DNA from: Leucoraja erinacea
Taxonomy: Eukaryota
Reading direction: 5' to 3'
Length of the DNA: 64,000 nt
Assembly (NCBI RefSeq): GCF_028641065.1
Contig: NC_073407.1
Coordinates: forward strand, 186,001-250,000
Part shown: positions 49,455 to 63,490 of the stretch, in pieces
How the letters are laid out: every line of letters begins with the position of its first letter
Numbering within the stretch: the first letter of the stretch is position 1
The notes under the pieces: generated by a model
Database searches by the model: none
Told to the model about the DNA's origin: nothing
The model's input: only the letters and a program-made list of their open reading frames with translations
Position numbers and translations under genes: made by a program

Positions 49455-52400
49455 CTTTCTTAGCAGGTGGGGGACCAGAATTCTGGCAGGCAGGTTTGCC
49501 ACTGCTACACGGGTGGTTTTAAACTGAATAAGGGGGGTGGGGTGCCAAATAGGATAGTTGACGATGGAGTTAAAGGGAAAGGATTTCTTAAATGTGTGAG
49601 CGTAGACAGAGGGGTGTAAAATGAGGGTAGAAGCAATAGGTAGCAAGGTGAAAAGTAAAAGTGGCAGGCAGCCAAATCCAGGGCAAAAATCAAAAAGAGC
49701 GACTTTTCACCATAATTGTATAAGGGGTAAGAGTGTTGTAAAAACAAGCCTGAAGGCTTTGTTTCTCAATGCAAGGAGCATTCGTAATAAGGTGGATGAG
49801 GTGCATGTGCAGATAGCTATTAATGACTATGATATAGTTGGGATCACGGAGACATGGCTCCAGGGTGACCAAGGCTGGGAGTTGAACATCCAGGGATATT
49901 CAATATTCAGGAGGGATAGACAGAAAGGAAAAGGAGGCGGGGTAGCGTTGCTGGTTAGAGAGGAGATTAACACAATAGAAAGGAAGGACATCAGCTTGGA
50001 GGATGTGGAATCGATATGGGTAGAGCTGCAAAACACTGAGGGGCCGAAAACGCTAGTGGGAGTTGTGTACAGGCCACCTAACAGTAGTAGTGGAGTTGGG
50101 GATGGCATCAAACAGGAAATTAGAAATGCGTGCAACAAAGTTAAAACAGTTATAATGGGTAACTTCAATCTACATGTAGATTGGGTGAATCAAATTGGCA
50201 AGGATGCTGAGGAAGAGGATTTCTTGGTATGTATGCGGGATAGTTTTCTAAACCAACATGTAGAGGAACATGTAGAGGAACCAACGAGAGAGCAGGCTAT
50301 TCTAGACTAGGTATTGAATTTCCTTTATTGAATTTCCTTTATTGTCATTCAGACCTTTCAGTCTGAACGAAATTTATTGAGTAATGAGGAAGGGATAGTT
50401 AGCAGTCTTGTTGTGCATGGCCCCTTGGGCAAGAGTGACCATAATATGGTTGAGTTCTTCATTAGGATGGAGAGTGACATTGTTAATTCAGAAACAAGGG
50501 TCCAGAACTTAAAGAAAGGTAACTTTGACAGTTTGAGACGTGAATTGGCCAGGATAGACTGGCAATCGATTCTTAAAGGGTTGACGGTGGATATGCAATG
50601 GAAGGCATTTAAAGACTGCATGGATGAGCTACAACAATTATTCATCCCAGTTTGGCAAAAGAATAAATCAGGGAAGGTAGTGCATCCGTGGATAACAAGG
50701 GAAATCAGGGATAGTATCAAAACAAAAGATGAAGCATACAAATTAGCCAGAAAAAGCAGCCTACCAAAGGACTGGGAGAAATTCAGAGTCCAGCAGAGGA
50801 GGACAAGGGGCTTTATTAGGAAAGGGAAAATAGATTATGAAAGAAAACTGGCAGGGAACATAAAAACTGACTGCAAAAGTTTTTATAGATATGTGAAGAG
50901 AAAAATGTAGGTCGCTTGAAGTCAGAAACAGGTGAATTGATCATGGGTACAAGGACATGGCAGACCAATTGAATAATTACTTTGGGTTCTGTCTTCACTA
51001 AGGAAGACATAAATAATCTGCCGGAAATAGCAGGGGACCGGGGGTCAAATGAGATGGAGGAACTGAGTGAAATCCAGGTTAGCCGGGAAGTGGTGTTAGG
51101 TAAATTGAATGGATTATAGCCGATAAATCCCCAGGGCCAGATAGGCTGCATCCCAGAGTACTTAAGGAAGTACCCCCAGAAATAGTGGATGCATTAGTGA
51201 TAATTTAAAAAAACTCTTTAGATTCTGGAGTTGTGGATTGGAGGGTAGCGAATGTAACCCCACTTTTTAAAAAGGGAGGGAGAGAGAAAGCAGGGAATTA
51301 CAGACCAGTTAGTCTAACATCGGTAGTGGGGAAACTGTTAGAATCAGTTATTAAAGATGGGATAGCAGCACATTTGGAAAGTGGTGAAACTATTGGACAA
51401 AGTCAGCGTGGATTTATGAAAGGTAAATTATGTCTGACGAATCTTATAGAATTTTTCGAGGATGTAACTAGTAGCGTGGTAGGGAGAACCAGTGGATGTG
51501 TTATATCTGGACTTTCAGAAGGCTTTCAACAAGGTCCCACATAAGAGATTAGCATACAAACTTAAAGCACACGGTATTGGGGGTTCAGTATTAATGTGGA
51601 TAGAGAACTGGCTGGCAGACAGGAAGCAAAGTGTAGGAGTAAATGGGTCCTTTTCACAATGGCAGGCAGTGACTAGTGGGGTACCGCAAGGCTCAGTGCT
51701 GGGACCCCAGCTATTTACAATATATATTAATGATTTGGACGAGGGAATTGAATGCAACATGTCCATGTTTGCGGATGAAACGACGCTAGGGGCAGTGTTA
51801 ACTGTGAGGAGGATGCTAGGAGGCTGCAAGGTGACTTGGATAGGCTGGGTGAGTGGGAAAATGCATGGTAGATGCAGTATAATCTGGATAAATGTGAGGT
51901 TATCCACTTTGGTGAAAAAAACAGGAAAGTAGACTATTATCTGAATGGTGGCCGATTAGGAAAGGGGGGAGATGCAACGAGACCTGGGTGTCATGGTATA
52001 CGAGTCATTGAAAGTAGTCATGCAGGTGCAGCAGGCAGTGAAGAAAGTGAATGGTATGTTAGCATTCTTAGTAAAAGGATTTAAGTATAGGAGCAGGGAG
52101 GTTCTACTGCAGTTGTACAGGGTCTTGGTGAGACCACACCTGGAGTATTGCATACAGTTTTGGTCTTCTAATCTGAGGAAAGACATTCTTGCCATAGAGG
52201 GAGTGCAGAGAAGGTTCACCAGACTGATTCCTGGGATGTCAGGACTTTCATATGAAGAAAGACTGGATAGACTTGGCTTGTTCTTGTTAGAATTTAGAAA
52301 ATTGAGGGGGGATCTTATAGAAACTTACAAAATTCTTAAGGGGTTGGACAGGCTATATGCAGGAAGAGTGTTCCCGATGTTGGGGAAGTCCAGAACAAGG

Positions 52401-52703
52401 GGTCATTGTTTAAGGATAAGGGGGAAATCTTTTAGGACCGCGATGAGGAAAACATTTTTCACACAGAGAGTGGTGAATCTGTGGAATTCTCTGCCACAGA
52501 AGGCAGTTGAGGTCAGTTCATTGGCTATATTTAAGAGGGAGTTAGATGTGGCCCTTGTGGCTAAAGGGATCAGGGGGTATGGAGAGAAGGCAGGTACAGG
52601 ATACTGAGTTGGATGATCAGCCATGATCATATTGAATGGCCGTGCAGGCTAGAAGGGCTGAATGGCCTACTCCTGCACCTATTTTCTATGTTTCTATGTT
52701 TCT
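49455..52703 (+). mobile_element. CR1 LINE with near-complete but disrupted ORF2
   Basis: LNARSIRNK, GITETW, GGGVAL, YRPP, SDHN, RT motifs, CR1 tail (TTTCTATG)n; several frameshifts. Confidence 0.93.
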
Positions 52704-52704
52704 A

Positions 52705-55700
52705 TCCCTACTCTCAATGGAAAAAATTTATCCACGTCAATTCTCTCTATCCCTCTCATCACTTTAAAGACCTCTATCAGGTCCCCCCCTTAACCTTCTG
52801 CGCTCCAGAGAATAAAGACCTAACTTGTTCAACCTTTCTCTGTAACATAGTTGCTGAAACCCAGGCAACATTCTAGTAAATCTCCTCTGTACTCTCTCTA
52901 TTTTGTTGACATCCTTCCTATAATTAGGCGACCAAAATTGTACACCATACTCCAGAATTGGCCTCGCCAATGCCTTGTACAATTTTAACATTACATCCCA
53001 ACTTCTATACTCAATGCTCTGATTTATAAAGGCCAGCACACCAAAAGCTTTCTTTACCATCCTATCTACATGAGATTCCACCTTCAGGGAACTCTGCACA
53101 GTTATTCATAGATCCCTCTGTTCAACTGCATTCCTCAATTCGCCACCATTGACAATGTACGTCTTATTTTGATTTGTCCTGCCAAGATGTAGCACCTCAC
53201 TCTTGTCAGTATTAAACTCCATCTGCCATCTTTCAGCCCATTCTTCCAGAGGTAATAATGGGGCATTTTGTTAGCAGTAAAAGGATTAGTCCAAGTCAGC
53301 ATGAATTTATGAAAGGAAAATCATGCTTGACTAATCTTCTGAAATGTTTTGAGGATGTGACAAGTAAAATGGATGAAGGGAAGTGGATGTCGTGTATCTA
53401 GATTTTCAGAAAGCCTTTGATAAGGTCCCGCACGGGAGACTGGTGACTAAAATGAGAGCACATGGTATTGGAGGTAGAGTGTTGACATGGATAGAAACTT
53501 GGTTGGCAGTCAGGAAGCAGAGTCGGAGTGAACGGGTCCTTTTCAGAATGGCAGGCAGTGGTGAGTGGAGTGCCGCAAGGCTCGGTGTTGGGGCCACAAC
53601 TGTTTAGCATATATATTAATGATTTGGAAGAGGGAATTAGGAGCAACACTAGCAAGTTTGTGAATGGCACAAAGCTGGGTGGCAGTGTGAACTGTGAAGA
53701 GGATGTTAGGAGGTTGCAGGGAGACATGGACAGGTTGAGTGAATTGGCAGATGTGTGGCAGATGCAGTATAATATAGAGAAATGTGAGGTTATCCACTTT
53801 GGTGGTAAAAACAAGAGGGCAGATTATTATCTCAATGGGGTTAGGTTAGGTAAGGGGGTGGTACAACGAGACCTGGGTGTCCTTGTACACCGGTCACTGA
53901 AAGTTTGTGTACCTTCGATTTTGCAGCATCTCCAGCATCTTCTTAAACACTGAAAGTTGGCGTGCAGGTACAGTAGGTAGTGTTGAAAGCTAATCGAATG
54001 TTGGCCTTCAGAACAAGAGGATTTCAGTATAGGAGTAGAGAGGTTCTTCTGCAGTTTTATAAGGCTCTGCAGTATTGTGTACAGTTTCGGTCTCCTAATT
54101 TGAGGAAGGACATCCTCGTGATTGAGGCAATGAAGCCTAGGTTCACGAGATTGATCCCTGGGATGGCAGGACTGTCATATGAGGAACGATTGAAAAGACT
54201 AGGCTTGTATTCACTGGAGTTTAGAAGGATGAACGGGGATCTTAAAGAAACATATAAAATTATAAAAGGAGTGCACAAGCTAGATGCAGGAAAAATGTTC
54301 CCAATGTTGGGTCAGTCCAGAACCAGGGGCCACAGTCTTAGAATAAATGGGAGGCCATTTAAGACTGAGGTGAGAAAATACTTTTTCACCCAGAGAGTTG
54401 TGAATTTGTGGATTTCCCTGCCACAGAGGGCAGTGGAGGCCAAATCACTGGATGGATTTAAGAGAGAGGTAGATAGAGCTCAAGTGGCTAGTGGAATCAA
54501 GGGATATGGGGAGAAGACAGGAATGGGTTATTGATAGGGGATGATCAGCCAAGATCACAATGAATGACGGTGCTGGCTCGAAGGGCCGAATGGCCTCCTC
54601 CTGCACCTATTTTCTATATTTGTATGTCTCTATGACCCGAAGCATCACCTACTCCTTTTCTCCATAGATGCTGCCTCACCCGCTGAGTTTCTCCAGCATT
54701 GTTTGTCTAATTTAAACTAAACTAATGTTGATTTGCAAGTAGAAACGGTGATTAGGGCTACAAACTTAATGCCTCCATTTATTTCAAGAGGATTAGAATA
54801 CAAAAACAGGGATGTAATGCCTATGCTCTATAAGGCACTGGTCAGGCTGCATCTGCTGTGATGTGAGCAACTTTGGGACCTATATCTGAAGAAGAATGTG
54901 CTGGCGCTGGAGTGGGTCCACAGGAGGTTTAAAGAGACATTACGGGAATGAGTGGGTTAACACATGATGGGCGTTTGACGGCACTGGGCCTCAACTCACT
55001 GGAGTTTAGAACGATGAGGGGGGTCTTCATTGAAATTTACCGAATAATGATAGGTTTGGATAGAGTGGATGTGGAGAGGATGTTTCCACTAGTGGGAGAG
55101 TCTAGGATCAGAGGTCATAGACTCAGTATTATAGGACAATACGAAATGAGGGGGGGTTTCTTAAGTCAGAGGGTGGTGAAACTGTGGAATTATTTGCCAC
55201 AGAAGGCTGTTGAGCCCAACGGATGTCTTAAAGGCAGCGATAGATAGATTCTTGATGAGGTTGGGTTTCATGGTTTATGGGGTGAAGACAGGAGAATGGG
55301 GAAATGAGGGAGAGATTGATCAGCCATGATTGAATAGCGGAGTAGAAATTTTTTTCTATCGCTTATGACCTTATGACCATGTTTGTATTACATCAGGGAC
55401 TGTTCCTACTTATATACTTCATGGCACCATGGATATTTAGTGTTGATATGGTTTGGCATCCAACTGTACTTCTCGGGAAACATTCAAACAATCCATTTTC
55501 TTTCTTCCAATGTATATATTAATTCCGGTCTAGCGAGTGAGAGGCTGTATGAATCACTATTCCTTGTTATTATGTGGCCACACTAAATATCCGCCAATTC
55601 TTAGAACAGTCCTCTTTCTTCATTGTCTTCTTCATCTTTTAGAAACATAGAAACATAGAAATTAGGTGCAGGAGTAGGCCATTCAGCCCTTCGAGCCTGC

Positions 55701-56880
55701 GCCGCCATTCAATATGATCATGGCTGATCATCCACCTCAGTATCCTGTACCTGCCTTCTCTCCATACCCCCTGATCCCTTTAGCCACAAGGGCCACATCT
55801 AACTCCCTCTTAAATATAGCCAACAAACTGGCCTCAACTACCTTCTGCGGCAGAGAATTCCAGAGATTCACCACTCTCTGTGTGAAAATTTTTTTCCTCA
55901 TCTCGGTCCTAAAAGATTTCCCCCTTATCCTTAAACTGTGACCCCTTGTTCTGGACTTCCCCAACATTGGAAACAATCTTCCTGCATCTAGCCTCTCCAA
56001 CCCCTTAAGAATTTTGTAAGTTTCTATAAGATCCCCCCTCAATCTTCTAAATTCTAGCAAGTACAAACCGAGGCTATCCAATCTTTCTTCACATGAAAGT
56101 CCTGACATCCCAGGAATCAGTCTGGTGAACCTTCTCTGTACTCCCTCTATGACAAGAATGCCTTTCCTCAGATTAGGAGACCAAAACTGTATGCAATACT
56201 CCCGATGTGGTCTCACCAAGACCCTGTACAACTGCAATAGAACCTCCCTGCTCCTGTACTCAAATCCTTTTGCTATGAATGCTAACATACCATTCGTCTT
56301 CTTCACTGCCTGCTGCACCTGGATGCCTACTTTTAATGACTGGTGTACCATGACACCCAGGTCTCGTTGCATCTCCCCCTTTCCTAATCGGCCACCATTC
56401 AGATAATAGTCTACTTTCCTGTTTTTGCCACAAAAGTGGATTACCTCACATTTATCCACATTAAACTGCATCTGCCATGCAATTGCCCACTCACCCAGCC
56501 TATCCAAGTCACCTTGCAGCCTCCTCCTAGCATCCTCCTCACAGCTAACACTGCCCCCCAGCTTCGTGTCATCCGCAAACATGGAGATGTTGCATTAAAT
56601 TCCCTCGTCCAAATCATTAATATATATCATAAATAGCTGGGGTCCCAGCACTGAATCCCACTAGTCTCTGCCTGCATTGTGAAAAGGACCCGTTTACTCC
56701 TACTCTTTGCTTCCTGTCTACCAGCCAGTTCTCTATCCACATCAATACTGAACCCCCAAATACCGTGTGCTTTAAGTTTGTATACTAATCTCTTATGTGG
56801 GACCTTGTCGAAAGCCTTCTGAAAGTCCAGATATAACACATCCACTGGTTCTCCCTTATCCACTCTACTAGTTACATCTT
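52705..56880. mobile_element. Series of CR1 fragments: 52705-53250 (-), 53250-54635 (+), 54740-55380 (+), 55640-56880 (-)
   Basis: Repeated RT and C-terminal CR1 motifs, e.g. ORF 55737..56582 FADDTKLGG...FTQRVVNLW. Confidence 0.88.
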
Positions 56881-57077
56881 AGACATAATAAACATGCGTC
56901 CTCCTCCACTCTCGTTTTGAGACATTGTTATTATAGATGCGATCACTAGGACCTAGCGGAATCTCAATATTTAGTTCACAGTGAAAGCATCCATTTAGTG
57001 CACAACAGACAGACCACGCTGCTGCCGCCCTCTCCTGTTGCATATGTTTATTGCAGGATTTTGGATTTCAGATATAA

Positions 57078-57505
57078 TACAGGTGCACAACCTTTTATCC
57101 GAAGTTCCAAATAACGAAAACCTCCGAATAGCGACATTTTTTCAGTCCTTGAAGAAAGGTCCTTGAAAACGTTCACCGAGGGCGGCCCGCAGAGGTGACA
57201 GCGGAACCTCCGGTCGGTCCTCGAAGAAAGGGGAACTAAATCCCCATTCATAAAAGAGAAGGTGAGGGTATATTGCGCGGGAGGGTTAATAATTGACAAT
57301 CTGCTGCTGCCTGCCCGTTGAGTTAAAAAGTTCCCACGGTAGACTCACGATACACAGTGTATCGTGAGTCTTGCATGAGAACTTTTTAACTCAGCGGGCA
57401 GGCAGCAGCAAATTGTCGCTCCCTTAAGTTTCACCCCACCTACACCCCTCTGCTTCCAGGCCATGTGTGTGACCCCTTCCCTCCCCTCTCCAGCTCCCCC
57501 GGGCT
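57078..57505. mobile_element. Probable non-autonomous DNA transposon fragment with an internal 123-bp palindrome
   Basis: Starts TA-CAGGTGCACAACCTTTTATCCG, resembling a pogo/Tigger end. Palindrome at 57295-57417. No matching right TIR found. Confidence 0.45.
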
Positions 57506-57509
57506 TAAA

Positions 57510-60500
57510 TTATATATTTTCAGAATTTAAAATCCTCTCTGCAAATAATACAGGTTTAACAATTGGCTTATTATAGAACGTTTGGAAAGTTCTTTCCGTG
57601 GACCACCCCGCTGTTGCCAGGATATGGTCCAATGGCACGTCCATATTCTTCGCCGCTGATATAGGTGCTGCCCTGGTGGAGTGAGATGTGTAAATGTCAG
57701 TATCCACCCCAGCAGCTCCCAATATCTGTCTGAGCCATCTAGAGATGGTTTGTACTGACACCCGACCATGTGGCTTTTTGTAGCTGACCCATAGTGCCTT
57801 TTCTCTCCCTCGGGGTTCTTTGGTTGTGTTGCGATATTGTAGCAAATGTGTCATGACACATAAACGGGGGTCAGGTCGGTACGCCCAGAATTCCATAATT
57901 AGTCCTGAAGTTCCATAATTAGACCTGAAGTCTGCTCTGTTTTACCAGCTCCCAGATAGTAAAAGTGACTTGGTCAGCTGATATGACCATGTTGTCCAGT
58001 CTGAGAAGGTGTAAGGACTGGACTATTTGGGCTGAGACTAAAGCCATCAGCATTACCATTTTCAGGGTGAGCTGTTCCACAGTGAGGGATCTGGCTGGTG
58101 ACCATCCCCTTTGATATGACAGGACGACACTGACGTGGCCGATTAGGAAAGGGGGAGATGCAACGAGACCTGGGTGTCATGGTACACCAGTCATTAAAAG
58201 TAGGCATACAGGTGCAGCAGGCAGTGAAGAAGGCGAATGGTATGTTAGCATTCATAGCAAAAGGATTTGAGTATAGGAGCAGGGAGGTTCTACTGCAGTT
58301 GTACAGGGTCTTGGTGAGACCACACCTGGAGTATTGCGTACAGTTTTGGTCTCCTAATCTGAGGAAAGACATTCATGCCATAGAGGGAGTACAGAGAAGG
58401 TTCACCAGACTGATTCCTGGGATGTCAGGACTTTCATATGAAGAAAGACTGGATAGACTCGGTTTGTACTCGCTAGAATTTAGAAGATTGAGGGGGGATA
58501 GAAACATAGAAACATAGAAATTAGGTGCAGGAGTAGGCCATTCGGCCCTTCGAGCCTGCACCGCCATTCAATATGATCATGGCTGATCATCAACTCAGTA
58601 TCCCGTACCTGCCTTCTCTCCATACCCTCTGATCCCCTTGGCCACAAGGGCCACATCTAACTCCCTCTTAAATATAGCCAATGAACTGGCCTCAACTACC
58701 CTCTGTGGCAGAGAGTTCCAGAGATTCACCACTCTCTCTGTGTGAAAATCTTATAGAAAGTTATAAAATTCTTAAGGGGTTGGACAGGCTAGATGCAGGA
58801 AGATTGTTACTGACACACCATTGTCAGATTATGTTGACCAGATTATCACATGATATCAATTTTATCCGCCCATATGATTAATATAGGCCACCACTGTGGT
58901 ATTGTCAATTTGTAGGCGGACATGCAAATGGTGCATAGTTGAACAGTAAGCTTTTAGCCCATAAAATGCACCCAACATTTCCAATAGTTCATACCCAGTG
59001 TCTGTAGTAGTGATGATTCTTGTATGTTCCATCTACCACCCGTACTAGATATAGTGTTAGGTGCTCCCCAGCCTTGAGCACTAGAATCCGTTTGTATCGT
59101 GAATGTTGGGTTATTGATAACGATGGGGCTGGAACTATGCCAAATGTTCACTTTCTACCATTGTAACTCTGATATTGCTTTAGCTGGTAATTTCATGGTT
59201 CGGTCAAAATGACCTGCATGTTGTTTTAGCGCTTGCGCCTTTGCTCTTTGTAAGTTTTGGTAATGCAAAGGTCCAAGCTGGGTAGCTGGTAATGCTGCTA
59301 CTAATTTCCCAATTACTCTTGCCACTTGTCGAATGGTTGGTTGATTGGGAATCATTAATTTGTTGCAGGCTTGTGCTTTTTCTTTTGGCAACGTTACAGA
59401 CATGTGTACTGAGTTAATTGTGAATCCCGTGATAGTCCATAGTTGTGGATGGCACCAACTTAGATTTATCTGGATGTATGACAAATCCCAGAGTTTCAAA
59501 TAAATGTTTGGTAGCTAATACTGCTGATTTAGCTAATTCCTAGGTTTTGCCCATTATCAAAATATCATCAAGATATGCCATGATAATATGATTTTGTTTT
59601 CTTAATATTGCCAGGGCCGGTTTTAATATCTTGGTAAATAGTCTTGGGGCTGATGTTAGCCCATTAGGCAACGCTTTACACTGCCATTGTTGCCCCATCT
59701 AGTTAAACTTAAGGTATCTACGATGATCGTTATGAATGGGTACTGAATAGTATGCATCTTTTAGATCGATGCATGCCATGAAGTATTCTCTGGAAATCAA
59801 TTGTTTGGCACTAACAAATGTTTCCATTTTGAAATGTATATACTTGACAAAAGTATTCAATGTCGTTAAGTCAATGCTGATGCGACATCAACCATCTTTT
59901 TTGGTTTTAGTAAAGATATTTGATACAAATTCCAAAGGGTCATGTTCCGATTTCTATATGATTCCCTTTGTATGTAGTCTCACCAGTTCTGCCTGTCCCT
60001 CGCATTTTTCTTTTTGTGAGAGGGTAAACTCCCTGTCGGGTGTATGCTGAACTGGTGGCGTACTTTTTTAAACAAATTCAATTTTGTATCCCTGAATACT
60101 TTGTAGTATATAATTGTCGAGTGTGATAGCCCTCCATACTTCCAAAAACAGGTGTAACCTCCCCCCTGTTAGTAAAGGCCCTGCACCTTTTATGTTCTGG
60201 AAGGAACCAGACCCACCTACCTCCATTGTTACCAGTAGAATATTCATTTCATGGGTCTCCAGCTCTTCATCAGTCGAGGTGTCATTGTGTGGGGGTGGTG
60301 CATCTTCCATGGGGTCCGTTCTGGGCCCTGTCCTAAAAACGACTTCCGGGGATGATATGAGGGCCCCATGCTTTCACCAGTACCATGGTGTAGATGCCTG
60401 CTGGTGGATGCGTAAGGGTACTGCCGTCTGGGTTGCGTGGTCTTGCTCGTTCCAGGACCTGCCCTCATGAGTGCGAGTGCTTTGGATTCCTCATCCAGAT

Positions 60501-61703
60501 CTTTTACCTGCTTTGGCAGGTCTTTACCAAATAGCAGGAATTGTGGTTGTGAGGTCGGCGTTTTGCACAACCCTGCAAATTTGGGGTTGAGGGCAGGTCT
60601 TATGGCTTCTTTCCAGAGGTTATTGATTTCATACTGTGTGTTACACAACAGAGGCAGTGTGTCTTGTTGGTTGTTAGTCATTCCGACACCATCCACGGAA
60701 CGAGCGTATGAGGTTATGGCTGACGTCAGGAGCTTCAGTTTTTTTTGCAGTTTTAGTTCTTGGGTTCGGATACCCAGCCCAATGTACCCCCAGATTTGGC
60801 TAATGATGGCCGGTACTTGAGCGATATACAATTCTCCGGTGACGTGTATAATTCCATCGCCTCATTCACTACCTGTTCTTGGAGTGGGTTAAAGGACAGG
60901 TGGTCAATGTTAGCCGCCAGTTTAGGCTGCAACGGCTGTCCCACTCGCGGTGTTACAGCATAGCGGTTTACCACTTCCAGCAGCTCTTCCTGTTCCTGCA
61001 CCCCCAGCATACTGCTGTTGTCTTCAGCCAACGACCCCTGTTCTTGACCAGCCCAGCCCTGGTCGCCAACGCTCCCCTCTGCTGAGGGAGATGCGATGGC
61101 CAGTGCTGGGTACTGCACTGTGGCGGGTGTGCTTGCATTCCATGGCGGGCTGGCCCCATCTCCCGGAGCAAGTCCCGCTGGAGCATTTGCTCTATTAGCC
61201 GCTCCATGCAGGCCAAATGGCCATCTCTGCCTCTCTCGGGCGGTGAGTCTTCCATGCCGGACTCATCGGAGTAAACCGGTTAGACCGACTTCTGTTTAGC
61301 CTTGCCTCCAATCCGCTGTGGTAGTTCGAGCTGTGCAGCTTGCGGTGTTGAGCTCAGCTGCACAGATATTTTGTTGGTGACTGTGGACTGCAGCGAGTGC
61401 GGTCCAGGTGCTGCCGGTCGCCCCCCACTGCTCGAACCCTCCCGGGCCATCACAGTCAGACGAGGTGCGACCTTCATCGTTTGTCTGCCCTTGTTCATGT
61501 TCTCTATGAAGACAAATCACAACAAGGGTTTTTTCAAACACGACCTCAGAATAAGTTTTACTTACCTGGAGGTTCCATTTTAAACTCTGTTGCGGGAGAG
61601 CTCGTTCTCCCGCCCGTCGCTGTTACACTGTGTGAGACGCTATGTCACGCATGCGTGCTGGCGTGGTCTTCACGTAGTCACTCACGTGACTCCGAAGTAA
61701 AAT
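57510..61703 (-). mobile_element. Second, degraded DIRS1-type element (different subfamily) with internal deletion and CR1 insertion (58136-58808)
   Basis: YR C-terminus (HSTRAA...AGWSTERTFQTFY), RNase H (TDSSAQGWG, IDNTTVVAYIN), RT, gag (LLFGKDL). Terminus TCACGTGACTCCGAAGTAAAAT is identical to the first DIRS. Confidence 0.9.
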
Positions 61704-62210
61704 TTACGACTGCATCTGACCACTGGGTGGTGCAATAAGCTTAAGCTTTCCATGCAACATATTTTGGATTTTGCACACTAGATCATATGTTCCTCATTAA
61801 TTCTTCGTGCATATATACTTCCCATTATCTATCAAATCTGGCAGATTTTTGTGTTCAAGGTTACCGAAGGGCTTTGACTATTGATGTCCAATGTGAGAAC
61901 GGGGCAAATTCTTCAGACAGTAGTCGAAGGTAGCTGAAAGATCGGATGGGTCGGAGGTTGATGATGTGGTTCACTCCTTGTATAGCTTACTCAGTGTTTC
62001 AACCTATCTATAAATACTGAACTCTGTGTCAGTTCATATCACACACTGTGCATCATTATACCACACCAGGCAATGTCTGCATGTATTATATTTTGACTGA
62101 TATCGCTGTTCATGTGGCATAGCTCATTTAAAGAATTTAATTTAAAGAATATTGGAATATGACGTTATTCATTATCACATTGTCTTTGGGAATCAGCACA
62201 AGCTGGTATA

Positions 62211-62897
62211 TATTGATATCGCTTTGGTTCTGGGCAAAGGCCTGGTGATATACAGTAGGAAGACCAGTAGGCTCTTCTTGTGAATATGCAGGGATGTGGG
62301 TACTGTGGGAAATGGCAGGTGTCTGTGAAAGACTGGGCTTGACTGATCGTGACAATACATTGCACGGTGCTGGAGACCTAGCTGTCACCAATAAGTCTGG
62401 ACCTCAGAAGAAGCTCCAGGAAGATTCTGCCCATGTGACCCACCTGTAAGTCTGGGTTCCTAAAGAGGTATCTGTTTTGTCTCAATACACTGATGCTTGT
62501 TCCATGTTTGTGATTGGTTTGGGAGTTTTATGTTTCTGCATCTTCCCACAGGTATCTGTGATTGGTCCAGAGGGGTTACCTCACTGGATATGTTTTTACA
62601 TTGTTGCTGTGTACTGAATAGATGCCGTGATTCATTTGTAGGGGTTGCCTCCCCCTGTACTGTCATGCTGTTAGTTTTCCCACCACTGTACAGGGGTATA
62701 TAAGGGTGACCATTTTGTTGGGACGAGTCGGTTTTCTTTCCTTCTGTTCTGCTTATGTGAGACTACTGAGTGAGTGAGTGGATTCGAGGCCGGCTCCGCG
62801 GTGTTGTATGCAAATAAAGAAGGGTTTGGACTCCAGTGTTCAACACAGTGGTTTACGGAACCAGACTAGGGAGAGAGTATCTGACCCGGTATCAACA
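62211..62897 (+). mobile_element. LTR of an ERV-like element (5' boundary uncertain, ~62211 or ~62326)
   Basis: TATATAA at 62697-62703, AATAAA at 62813-62818, end ...TCAACA at 62897, immediately followed by a PBS. Confidence 0.7.
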
Positions 62898-62899
62898 TT

Positions 62900-62917
62900 T
62901 GGGGGCTCATCCGGGAT
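62900..62917 (+). promoter_or_regulatory. tRNA-Pro primer binding site
   Basis: TGGGGGCTCATCCGGGAT matches the canonical Pro PBS TGGGGGCTCGTCCGGGAT at 17/18, 2 nt after the LTR-terminal CA. Confidence 0.85.
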
Positions 62918-63490
62918 CTCAACGGATTGCCAACGTGAGACTGCAACTGAGGAGCTAAGTCGTCTCGGATCACAGGAGGAGAAATTGGAGAAATTGTATG
63001 AGTAGTTTTTGTTGCATCGGTTTTCCCCTCTCCACTAATCTGGTGACGAATTGGTCATTCGCTGACATGTGTGTGGAAACCTGATGAGATTGATTAAGCT
63101 TACTAGTCTGGCGAACACTGATTTGGGTAAGGGTTGGCGTTCATGTAGGGTTAGAGTCCACACCTTGGAGGGTTAGACTCCCAGGTTTGCGTTCGAATTC
63201 CGGGTTTAGAGTCCCCGCCCAGTATTGGGGTACGAATTGACAGGGTACCTTGAAAGACGATGCTGGAAAGGTTCATTACTCAGTGGGGTAAATACTGAGA
63301 GCCAGCGGTGAGGTGAGATTGGCAGATTCACTTTAAAGATTGGTGCTGGGAGCCAGTGCTAAGCGGAGTAAGTGCTGAGGATCAGTATCTTATAGGTAGG
63401 AGTGTTAGAGTCACTGGGGTTCGAGTCCCTGCCTGTGATGAGTTGAGTATAGGAGCAAATATGTCCTTCTGCAGTTGTATAGGGCCCTAG

